From: Haplodiscus bocki
Taxonomy: Eukaryota
Assembly (NCBI GenBank): GCA_965655095.1
Contig: OZ296654.1
Location: 8,928,001-8,992,000 of the forward strand
Length of the DNA stretch: 64,000 nucleotides
Direction: 5' to 3'
In this document: piece by piece, positions 31,701 through 40,504 of the stretch
Numbering within the stretch: position 1 is the first letter of the stretch
Layout of the letters: each line of letters starts with the position of its first letter
Position numbers and translations under genes: made by a program
Notes under the pieces: model-generated
What the model saw: only the letters and a program-made list of their open reading frames with translations
Database searches by the model: none
Told to the model about the DNA's origin: nothing

Positions 31701-33757
31701 AACAGAGTATTGTGCAGCAGAGTGACAGCAATATTTCACACGAATTAAATGCGCAGAAAGAGAGTCTTCTGTGTGCCATTGCCAATGGGGGTTATGTTGG
31801 TTTACCAACGTATGCAGAATTGATGAACGCCACCTTAGCACGTCCTTTTACTTGGAGCCAGAAGATACATAAAGCGCGCAACCAGACTGACGAATCATTG
31901 CATGATCAACAGAATATTTTGGATTACGTTTGTTCTTTGTACGATAATTATTGTTCTTGTACGACTGCCTTTATTAAACATCAGTTCATAGTTGGTCCAC
32001 CAGGTACAGGAAAGAGCCATGTGTTGATCCATTGTGTGATCGCGGCTCTAGCTAGGGGATTGAGATGCGTCATAACTAGTGTCGCTGCGGAGAGAGCTTC
32101 ACTTTTCGGCGGAAGACACATAAACGCTTTAATCCCTTTCCCTGTCGTTCAAAATGGAACGGTGACTCATCTAGTTTCGCATGCATTGAACACTCTTGCC
32201 CGAGATCCTCTAAAATTTACTTTTTTGGAGAGGTTGGATGTTTTATTTGTCGAGGAAGTCTCAATGATTTCAGCTGAACTTTGGTCCGCAATGGACAATG
32301 TGTTGCAAGCCGTGTCTGAAAACAATCTTCCTTTTGGAGGAAAGATTGTTATTTGCACAGGTGATTTTCGTCAACTTCCGCCTCCTACGGGAACGTTCCT
32401 TTTGCTGAGCAACTCGGTGTTAGCTAATTTCGAGGTTCGGTATTTGAAGCACTATGTGAGGATGCAGAACCAGCAAGGAAAGAGACTTCTGGATTTGCTG
32501 TCTGAATATCCTGTGACAGAAGCATGTATTAAGGAGTGTTGTGAGATCATTGACAAGTTCTGTATTTTTGTAAGCACGTGGACGGAAGTCCCTCTGGATA
32601 TTTTGAGAGTGTTCAGTACGCGAGTTGCGGAAAAAGAGGCCGTGGAAGAGAGAATATCGTTTGTGACAACACATCAAAACATACAGAGTGTGTCTTTCCA
32701 TTGCAAGGATGAAATGTCAAATACAGGAACCCAGAATTGGGTTACCGCAACAGCACCCGTCAGCAAGTTCCTCAACCGAAGTTGCCTTGAGCCAGAGTCT
32801 TTGTTTATACATGTTGGGTGTGTATTGCGCTTAACTTGCAATTTGCCATCGCTGAAACTGTTCCAGGGACAATTGTGTTTAGTTGAATCGTTCGATGAAA
32901 ATGATCCTCATATTGTTGTGAGAGTTGCACCAGCCGGAGTAAGGTCTGTGTCATCTAACAACCCGGACGTTAATTCCTGGAGACTTGTAGTTGTTCGTAA
33001 AAGAATTGGCGTTCTCCATAAGTATAGCAATTCTACCGTTTGCAGACGTGTTCAGTTTCCTTTGAAAATGTATGTGGCGTCAACGGTTCACAAAATAATG
33101 GGTGACACTGTTCCAAGCTTGGCAACACAGATTGTTGGTGGTAAAAAATTTTCCTACTGGCTGAAAGAGCAGCTTTATGTAGTTGTTAGTCGGGTCACTG
33201 ATCTTTCCCATATAACGTTTGTCGGTGACAAGCAGCGTACACTTGATGCAATTCTTCTTCTTTGCCGCAAAGATAGCCATTTGGTACCTTTGATAGATAA
33301 CTTTTTGTCGTCTCGTGGCAGTTGTAATTCCGGTGTTTCAGCGATCCAGACATTTTATCCCTTTCCCTTACGTGTTTTTGATGTACCCCTTTCGGCAATT
33401 GGTTACTGTTATTTGTTGGTGAGCGTTAAACGCAGGGAACTTTTTTACATTGGAAGCTGTAAGACGTTGCGGCGACGATTGCAGGAGCATAATTCGGGAA
33501 ATGCGAGCGCATTTACAAAGCCTGTTGAAAGAAGACCCTGGGCTTTAGTTGCTTACGTGACGGGGTTTTCCAACGCTGTTTCCCGAAGCCGTTACTCTTT
33601 CGAACAGGATTGGCAAAGAGCAATGGTTAATCACAAATATTCGAATGTGATGCTAACGCTTGCAGATTACTTGTCAGAATGCCATGTTCTTATGGATTTG
33701 TATAAAGTTACAGGTATCGAAACAGCCCTGGAATGTGATTGCATGCAGAATTTTTAG
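25736..33757 (+). CDS. RepHel polyprotein: OTU protease, Cys-rich regions, HUH Rep, PIF1-family helicase, C-terminal GIY-YIG nuclease
   Basis: OTU: VPGDGNCLFSAL...NHFETV. Rep motifs: YFFTYTC, YEFQDEACGFPHVHALIW, YLSKYV. Helicase: GPPGTGKS, EEVSMIS, PFGGKIVICTGDFRQLPP, RVQFPL..STVHKIMG, QLYVVVSRV. GIY-YIG: GYCYLL...FYIGSCKTLRRRLQEHN...RRPW...FEQDW. Confidence 0.92.
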   Translation: MCREPRKCVTCGRFYGSKDCSCFQSSMVKASVGEDYFDRSLFSAPFNTMSLFSNVPNSTAFSCTIANLTRICIVFGIPFVAKPLNTHLLGAKSLNSLHPSQTHPVPGDGNCLFSALAVSIGSQYWYHSQLRQRICLALPSVDIAPHFLEIYTTIDGNVVVETASNVNEYLNRSGMRSNGVYGTCVEIYAFAQIAVADVYVYHCMTKLWIVYSYAGDRASMDVPSVFLVHTHTGNHFETVAVLSAENPNSQQSLPHGCVQSSFPDTASQCNVISASFHANTSDPKGSACSEFKVLPHLCDEGLTSPSVGLGGMHNDLLLPSNSCLSLATIECEENGSKCDPLSPVVCFNALPQEIQSTQSAHNGTATMIMKKDNACRNEDASSDNCVLTSTFSADKAQNREMCGKCCRISTPAYPLQWQTLEKTAIKRRRFGLRPTATCLVCQSCFNYNNGGNCWRYAWPSVIHSLLKDLSIRDCTMKKFVSFLPPEIRDSWAMCQHLHPAVSMGDPSVLVDITKRKEVFLDKINSGNFTDLEEALDNECYPNCRCPFGCFTFVEETGRIGFNHLVNGILPSFTSFSSDYLYHLRGARDDWLKPMKVLDAFDVSGFVSVNGAYGLVIGTCVQHNNGSHLQYLHPPAHPSLGRLSVPTNDRLAFVAPNLRILKNAKANYASHTFQLLKAVGNYSGISSIRLSSQRRWDITSDLLVKAESQCSFYRSDIQYFLNSLVSSGEITDEIRQGIQSKPNIEQSAACLSASTSVSILDTYRLFSSPGLTDGQRLCAKFKSVTFAQPPNSFGSSPPKILSCKTHFLSLLQTLFCISPQLCRSISDSAGVDNAIFPLLQFLDPVIFPRFRRCTRKTVDASMSDGLSKLFTRFPESPSRCLSFGVSQFCDDVIHENVASRQDIWHFLEAQEFEGVNVILFSYAGVNTLRSKFKAPLNFQTAQSVFELKFIATEGLATRNNILLRHGGVFQSFWVYKSKSIFPEQVRLPCDRAVDHFINDYWNICVYYRQTFADISELRSKYFETLAGQGKFFCKKHSLLLTRDFPSSGFKCSCGRSSFLRCPVSGCLASVCRMHSEDESQEKHFVFDGKKRIFGESTKNSACGSSQLDDCSYSRVSVDSENRSTSPTNTVASSEFVTNPGLLEEDSEGSHVSLPVTTAAGDSTVVLERDFRIDSTDFQLPLHVLLNGQCGLLKRSKGSPLYVAARHKRFLENITATSPPNSVPLLQSEAMLFPSIFWHQNTDGSYSGAIPSPLYNDHKQNELLGFASLEQHLQTRLKDSSLLTSTDPRYVQYVFDTIFNLQLRVNDTRIVLNRGWSEAARQRKNVHAMREGAIFFDQCDSRKNVNELGAALKERPATYFFTYTCGQSTHPGLRKIFSALDAKFPKDVCKEEVRKSAIQSEMVTMLRAWERASRLVMKYIETSPEQPLGKVNKIWYRYEFQDEACGFPHVHALIWTAEDCFSEAVRSRICCSATTFLGNLLTEVGSHNYSLDELNELRDLFNRYQSHSCFKAKFRCQKKTDKLKRKTCRVPKYPPSANFTYKCIHKELSEETIAVLKNIGLAESSDFDCSVTIDQRLCGGKHHYPTESNTHTSPTNAKIFALVRSSTNLQICDIYMSSRYLSKYVAGVEERAEVSISTSSATDLYDFHVDQQVNNKIAGVYLTNMSKEEKPKKKCLNSCILSLTESVWWSLRFPYVVTNIQFIHVVTAPREKRAGIVIEPKCRLSSSNQGPLFGRQSSIRHSKDFPPHRCFTVNQKLLIIDAEKSSLSPDKITVFGVRPPELTFVLKVENYFTWFCRFRKPSKLTPESLLKRNVTKSYWVDGLGYCIYLNALYKEAFFNYCRNFSSGVRRFSRQCHEAIACTTSSSSHKFIYDKKVCQTQVVLSNVVPRNTTNFLTHILLSLGEYVTELDIFSQSNMKSAFFEASLARSHLGCEDSEVIDVVRRFVLEQLRYYPGSSTLLDRFVTSAYLCIQQAAQNNSVVFPCSTPRVLEQSIVQQSDSNISHELNAQKESLLCAIANGGYVGLPTYAELMNATLARPFTWSQKIHKARNQTDESLHDQQNILDYVCSLYDNYCSCTTAFIKHQFIVGPPGTGKSHVLIHCVIAALARGLRCVITSVAAERASLFGGRHINALIPFPVVQNGTVTHLVSHALNTLARDPLKFTFLERLDVLFVEEVSMISAELWSAMDNVLQAVSENNLPFGGKIVICTGDFRQLPPPTGTFLLLSNSVLANFEVRYLKHYVRMQNQQGKRLLDLLSEYPVTEACIKECCEIIDKFCIFVSTWTEVPLDILRVFSTRVAEKEAVEERISFVTTHQNIQSVSFHCKDEMSNTGTQNWVTATAPVSKFLNRSCLEPESLFIHVGCVLRLTCNLPSLKLFQGQLCLVESFDENDPHIVVRVAPAGVRSVSSNNPDVNSWRLVVVRKRIGVLHKYSNSTVCRRVQFPLKMYVASTVHKIMGDTVPSLATQIVGGKKFSYWLKEQLYVVVSRVTDLSHITFVGDKQRTLDAILLLCRKDSHLVPLIDNFLSSRGSCNSGVSAIQTFYPFPLRVFDVPLSAIGYCYLLVSVKRRELFYIGSCKTLRRRLQEHNSGNASAFTKPVERRPWALVAYVTGFSNAVSRSRYSFEQDWQRAMVNHKYSNVMLTLADYLSECHVLMDLYKVTGIETALECDCMQNF

Positions 33758-35099
33758 TGTTTATTTGATTGTTCATATGTAATTGTCTACAACGATTTAG
33801 ACTTTTGTAAAACTGCCATCGAGAAAACCGATTGTATTTCAAAAGTATTCCTGAACATTGGTTTGTCCGAAACCAACTTTTCAGCAAATAATTTTTGTAG
33901 CCAATCATGTTGATTGATTTGATTCTTTGCCATTGTTTGCTGTTGGTTTTGAGCCAACCTTTGAAAAAGAGGATGTGTTGTAATAGTTGGAAGATTAATT
34001 TTGTAACGGGATGTCGTTTTCATTTTTATCACCTTTTCGTTGGACTCACTGAGTAACTTTGTTTAGATTCGTGATCGAACTTTTATGCTATGATACTTTA
34101 TGGAATAACGTACACAATTATATCACACGGTAATTGAAAGAATCATACAATCCTTTTCCGCCATAATTTGTTTTGACATGTGTCTGTAATTACACTGAAG
34201 GAGCTGTTTTGATGTTTTTGGGAGATTGTTTCCAATATTTCAGACGCTATAGGGGTTTAACTTTTTGTTCGGTAATCAGTGCAGAAATTTATTGAAAAAA
34301 TTGTCAACTGCAAGAGAATGTGACGGGGTTTCTACAATGTGACATTGCTGTTTATGTTTTGTGATTGTATCACTGACTGTGAGCTGTTTTAGATGTTAAT
34401 TCTGACTCATATAATGATTTATTTTTTTTTATAGCTGACGGAGGCAATTTGGCTTTCATGTTTTGTTTTGCTGGTTGCTCAGCAACCGCCGACGCAAGTT
34501 CTCAATTAGAATGTTGTTTGTTAGATGAACGTATATGAGTTGGTTGTCCAGCAACCCATGTTCTACAAACTGGCCTGGAAACATAAAGAGATAGCAGCGG
34601 AGTTCATTTGTAGCGCGGCACCTTTCAAATCCATTCCATATTCCTTGTTACGGAAGCTGTGAACACTTTTTCTTTCAAGTCATTAAACGCTCTATCATTT
34701 GTTTTATGAGAAGCTTTTTTATTATCGTTACTTTTGTGAATTGAAGTGTTTCACCACTATGTACTTCTTTGCAGCGATTAAAGAGGGGCTCTTATTTCGT
34801 GCATATCGAGTTGTTTGAGTGAGATTTTCATTCTTCGGGTATGTGGCTATTGTATTTTTTATAAAATTTCCTTTCCTCAAAGAACATTTCTGATTTTTGA
34901 CCGTATTGACGACTCTGTAGCTGTGTGACCGTTGTGAATTTTTGTTTGACTTCGTTTTTGTTCTAATAAGCAAATGACATGAATGAAAGGAGATTCTGGA
35001 GTTTGAGTAGGTTTTTCTAATTGCAAAGTAAACAATATAAAGTATGTTTCGTTCGTTTGTTTGTTTTCATAATACATTGTCTTTCGGTTTCCGGTTGTT

Positions 35100-36032
35100 A
35101 TGTCTGAATATTTTGTTTTGGCGGCCTCTTCCCTTTATTGGGCAGCTCAGGAGAAACCTTACCTCTTTGATCCTTTCAAGTCACAATTTTGTGCAATTTC
35201 TGGTGCTTCGCTAAATAACTACCAACCAGAAAAAAACATTTGTTATCTTCTTCAATCGAATTCCTGCAACACTAATGGAAGAAAGGTTATCATTTGGCAT
35301 GATGCTGTCAATAACTCTTTGTCAAGCAAGAAGAATCCGGCAATGAGTCCTGAGGCTTTTTTCAGTAAACTGGCGTACTTGAGAAAATTCAATGTCGTGG
35401 CTTTTTCCTACTTACCACGATCAGGAGCGCATAATTTAAACGAGCTCTTGGAAAATTGTCCAACAGGAATTATTTTTTTGAAAATGAAATCGATTCTATC
35501 AAAACGGTACAAACTTTTACTTGATGAAAGTAACGATCTGCACCTGAATAGCTTGTTAGAGAATCATATGCTATCCAGAACACTGTTGAACAATGGTTTG
35601 CAGGATTTGACTTTGCGTCGGTGCCGCAATAGACGCAATAATCTCCGAAACAAAGTTAGTGTTTTAGTTTTTGGTTTCTGTTTTATTGACAATTTCGAAG
35701 ATAAGCAGCAACATATTTTTGCCACAATTTTTGAAAGAAAACCGGAACGTTAGTGATTACACGGTTGATGCATTTAACATCCGAACCAAGTGAGTAGATA
35801 CAAATTTCGTGCATAACATATTCACTTTACTCAGTGTCAATAGTTTAAAGTTTTTGGTAACCAAATCCGGAGTTGGAAGAGTTAACTGGAGAGTTTTTTA
35901 TGCTTCAATAACAGCACTTGCTTGTTTTCACGATTCATCGTGAAAACAAGCAAGTCCTCTGCGAACTATTTCAAGATTATCTGTTTCTTGCAGGTCAAAA
36001 GAAACAGATGTGAGTTTCACGAATCGGCATAG
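35100..36032 (+). CDS. SGNH-hydrolase-like protein, two exons (35100-35654, 35994-36032)
   Basis: Blocks resemble SGNH I/II/III/V: VLAASSL, AISGASL, VIIWHDAVNN, DLHLN. Donor GTTAGT (35655) and acceptor CAG (35993) are conserved in copy 2, as is the terminal exon (VKRNRCEFHESA* vs VRRNRGGLHESA*). Confidence 0.6.
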
Positions 36033-36696
36033 GCATCAATTACCGCGAGCTCCATGAAGATAACTTGATGATTAGGAAGTCCGTCGGTGTTTTAACACCG
36101 CGTGAATATTTGTAATGCGGTCATTTCTGTCATGATTTGGTGTTATTGTTTAATTGCACTATTTGTGCTGCCATATGGTTTTTAAATGTAAAAAATGAAT
36201 TGGCAATATTGCATTCATTTAGTTGAACTATGATTTTACATTTGATGATGTTATTTGAAGCTGAACGCTTTTTTGGCATTTTGTTTATATCCTTTTGGCA
36301 TGCAGGTTTTTTTACTGGAATCTGTTGTAAATTGTTTTGTTTTTGGAAATAGAAATAGTTCAGAGGAAATTCAGTTTAATGTACTATCTGTGTTTCAATT
36401 TATATGTTTTCGGTATGCGACCAATTTTTGACTTGGAGTGGAAAACTGTTTTGAGGACACACCCGATAAATGACTGCAGATTCAGTTGATTCCAGACAAA
36501 GTGTACCATAGACGGGACTGAAGAGTTGCTAGGCTTTAATAAAAAAACGGATTTTCTAAAGTTTTCTTTCATCAAAAATTTTTCTTTGTTCATTGGGCGT
36601 TTTTCCGTTTGAGAGAAATCAGACTGCAAATCTTGACTTGTGTTTTTTATCGTGTACTTCCTCGTTTGAAACACATCCTTTTGCATTTTTTAAGAA

Positions 36697-37689
36697 ATGA
36701 ATAGACAAGTAACTGTTGCTGAAGTTACAGGCGAAGGTTTCCTGCGCAACAGCCAGAACACTGTAATAAGGGGGATAGTTTTGGTTCTGAAAAAAAGTGA
36801 TCGGCCACTTCAGTTGTTTAGACCTCAAGCTACAAAATTGAAACGACCACTTCCTGAAGGGACATATGACAGAATGGCTATTATTGGTCAATGGAATAGT
36901 AAAGATTGTTTTGTCGTCATCTCAGTTTCCGCGCAGAAGTCTGCTAAACTGTTTTCGGATCGTCATCTGACTGTTGGTTCTGTTGTAGAGGTTACAGAGC
37001 CTATATATTCGAACACGTGTTTAGGGAATGACAAAAATAATCCGATTATTGAAACTCATCAGGCGATCGTTGTTATCAATAACGTAAGCAATGAGGATTT
37101 TCCGCCAATTCCAATTATTTCCCTACCGAGCACGCCCGCAATGTTCCATTACACTCTCAACAGTAGAAATTTGTTGTTTTTGCATGGAAACATTATATCA
37201 CCTACGTGTTCTGGAAGTATGTGCGACCGTCGTATTCTCAGAAATGAAACGGTGTGCGCTTGCTTACACAAGAATTCAGTTTCGTCGTGGACTGTCGCCG
37301 CACGCATCATTTCTAGGGACGTGGAAGAAGAAGCGGACGATCCCCTGAGCGGAGACATGACCCAAAGTCATCAGTTGGCATCGTTCTTTTGCAGCAATGA
37401 CGTTCTTCGATTGCCAGCTAGCTCGGTTGAATTGAATCTGTTGCGTGAATCAATGACTAGGGTGACAGCATATGTCAACGATAATGGTGGTTGGAGAATA
37501 TCTGGCTACAGCAAATCCAGTGTCAGTGATGAGTCAATTACTCAAGCTGTTCATCATGTGCGAATTTGTCGTCTTATGCCAGCTTCGGTAATCCCGAACA
37601 ACTTGAAGTACACTATTGGTAATGCTCGGCAACCGCCCAATCGGCCACCTCCACTACAGCATGCCAACCCGAATGTTCAGCACGATTGA
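36697..37689 (+). CDS. 330-aa element-encoded protein with Cys cluster, possibly OB-fold/RPA-like ssDNA-binding
   Basis: Intact ORF conserved in copy 2 with many synonymous changes; beta-rich N-terminal part (IRGIVLVLK, LTVGSVVEVTEP), CSGSMCDRR...CAC cluster, Pro-rich tail. The function is an inference. Confidence 0.7.
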   Translation: MNRQVTVAEVTGEGFLRNSQNTVIRGIVLVLKKSDRPLQLFRPQATKLKRPLPEGTYDRMAIIGQWNSKDCFVVISVSAQKSAKLFSDRHLTVGSVVEVTEPIYSNTCLGNDKNNPIIETHQAIVVINNVSNEDFPPIPIISLPSTPAMFHYTLNSRNLLFLHGNIISPTCSGSMCDRRILRNETVCACLHKNSVSSWTVAARIISRDVEEEADDPLSGDMTQSHQLASFFCSNDVLRLPASSVELNLLRESMTRVTAYVNDNGGWRISGYSKSSVSDESITQAVHHVRICRLMPASVIPNNLKYTIGNARQPPNRPPPLQHANPNVQHD

Positions 37690-40504
37690 TTTGTTATGGA
37701 TTTTTCAAAATCCCCTACGGATATGTGCTTTTTGAAGTCGAATGAGAATGAACATATAGAAGGATGTTCCTTTTTGAAAGTTTCACATCTATTGTTATTC
37801 TGTAGTGCCGTCGATGAATTCAACGCAGTTGCCTTAGCAACTCAACTTTACATGGTCTCTTTTACATTTAAACCTTCTTTCCACAAACTTTACAATGAAA
37901 CAAACAACTGTTTTTCTCTCACCTAAATAAATCTTGTTTCGTTATGGCAGTACCCTGCATTATTCTCTGTAAAGTAGTTCGATTTACTTCAATAATCCAC
38001 GTTGAAGGTTTTATGAAATTTTCACTACGCTTTTCAATGTTAGTAAAGCACTTTGGAAGTAATTTTCTTAAGTCAGTGGCCTCTCAATAATGATGCTATC
38101 ATTAGTATTAGAAGATATATTTGCTCCAATTTGTCAAGATATTGATAAATTTAACGTACTCAAATTAGATAGGAACTTTTGGTTCGCGATTTGCCTCGTG
38201 TTCAAATAGTTTACTCATAAAGTTGGAGGAACAAATGAAAATACTTTGAAAGTGTTCAAAGTTCTAAAAGAGATTCACTGTGAATAGCAACGATTTATAG
38301 TTTGCATGAGCCGTGAAGTCATTTCGATGTCCCAAGTCAGTGGTACGCTCACAGAAGTCTATGTTGTCTTTGTTCAAAATGTCGCAGTGATTAAACGGAG
38401 ATGAAATTCTCGTTTAAAATAAGACAGTAAAGAAGGTTGAGCGAATTTTGCAGTGTGTGAGCCTCGTTTTGCTATGTAGACATATCGATCTTTTAGGAAC
38501 ATTTATAAATGGGAAAACGTGTAGGAGCTTTGAAATTTTTCATAAACAGCTGTTTTGAGTTTTATGTTTCTTCTCAAAATTTAATTGTTATTTTTGGACC
38601 TGGTTTTTTCAATAGGAGTTGGAAAAAGTTCTTTTACTCAGGGGTTTTTCTTTGATAAAGTCGGATCTATTTTTCCGTTTTGGCTATTGTTGTTCATTTC
38701 TTGAACGGTTTTAGCTTCTGTTCTGTTGAGATTGAGAGTTAATTTTTTTTACTTTTATGACAAAACTCCATTTCAGTTGGTGTCCACAGATACCTATCCA
38801 ACATTCACTGGGCCTCTCTAGCGAACGGTACCTTTGCCTCCACTGGGTGGTCAGGGATGTAACCTTTTCAGAATCCGAGGCCGGGGAGGGTCCCGCAGCC
38901 GAGGTTAAATAATAATACGGTAAAAATACATCATACCGCATGGGGGGACTGGGAAGCCGATCTCGGGTCCTACCCGATAGAATTTATTCATATTTTGCAT
39001 GCGGTCCTAAAATGGCGAGGTAAGAAAGGGGAGGAGGGAAAAAACTTTTTCCATTCACAGCGTGATGAGATATGACGGAATGATCGTGTTTTTTGCCCCA
39101 AATTTGAATTCTCATCGCTCTAGTTCCACATCTACCCGATACAATTGGCCCAAATTTTGTGTGTGAGGCAGAAATGATTTGAACAATTTGCATGCCAAAA
39201 ATTTTTGGCCCAGCCCTTTTCGTTCGGGAAATAGGCGCTGATAAATTTTTAGATTTTTGCAAAAAATGCGTCATTCCGTCATTTTTGATCGCCAAAAACA
39301 ACTATTTCTCGTGCGCTAGCCTTCGCGAAGGGAGCCAAAACTGAACCGGCAATTGATTTTGATTCGCCAAAAATTTTCGGCCAGAATGCCGAAAAAAAAT
39401 GACGGATATGACGGGAAGAAAATGACGGAAATGACGGATTTTTTTTCAAAAAAAAAATTTTTTTTTCGGAAATGTTCTTTTTTGCGCGTAGAATGCGCCT
39501 AACAATGTTACACAGTCTATAGACCAGTGATTGTTGACAGTTTGACCGTAGTATACCTCGTATGAGATGTTTTTTTGGGAAACACAATTTTGAACTGGTT
39601 AGGCATTACTGATGTAACCTACCATTTTTTCATTCATACATTTTTTTCAAATTAAGTACAATGTCATACATATTTTAAATCTCGGATCAGAGCTCTCTGT
39701 TGGTTGTGGAATGTAAAAGGTGCTTCCAATATATGTCAAGCCTCTTGAAAATAGAAAAAAAATTGCAGTTTTTTGCATTCAATTTCAATTATTTTTGCAA
39801 GAAATTTTGAGTGTGTTGTATTATTGTTCTCAGCAAATTAGACGTTCTTTCGTTTTTCCCATTCAAGTTTGTTCGTAGAAACTAGCAGTGTATGTTTTTT
39901 TCAGGGTTGCATTGCATGGGTTGAACTTCTTTTTGGGCAGTGTACGTTGGAGTGTGTTATGTATTTGTTAAACGTTGCAGTGCCTTATGTATTTGTTAAC
40001 TGGTTGGACAGTTTATAGTTGGCGTTCAACAAGAATTACTTTGGCAATCGACAAATTTTACATGGGGACTACATTTACGCATGAGGTTGTTTTGTTTGGT
40101 GTCCAACACCAAAACTCCTCAGTCTGTTATGGTTTTGAAACGTTTTTAACTAATCGTTTTTTTTCAACTACTCAAAGTCTTGCTGAAATCAGCTATGCAT
40201 GGTAGCTTCGCCATTAAAAGGGAAGTCTAGAATGAAAAGGTTAATAAATTAATTGATGAAGTTCATTTATTTATTTGACTCAATAATTTGAATTCAATTG
40301 TTCATTCACAGAATGAAAAGTATGTATTTGGGTCAGTTTTGATCTTTACATAGGCTATCCTCTGAGATTTTGAAATTCTTTTCCACAGACTGCTTCGGTG
40401 TAATGCATCTGGCTTTTGAAAACTTTTCCTCCACTGAATTTTGTAGATGTAGGCTCCGCCACTGAGTGTTTGTACAAAGTCTTGACGAATCCCTTTTTCA
40501 GAAA

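Larger units (their letters stand above)
23861..38848 (+). mobile_element. Helitron-like rolling-circle element, copy 1 (apparently intact, ~15.0 kb)
   Basis: Homology to copy 2 starts at CTGGGT-GGTCAGGGATGTAACC (23861) and ends at ...CCTCCA-CTGGGT (38848); contains RepHel, SGNH-like and third ORFs. Confidence 0.9.

Noticed and set aside
25932-33398. Numerous antisense and alternate-frame ORFs within RepHel
   Set aside because: They are shadow ORFs with no motifs; similarity between copies is explained by constraint on the sense frame.
25736-37689. Endogenous virus or Polinton/Maverick
   Set aside because: No capsid, packaging ATPase, DNA polymerase B or integrase is recognisable; the Rep motifs are Helitron-type.
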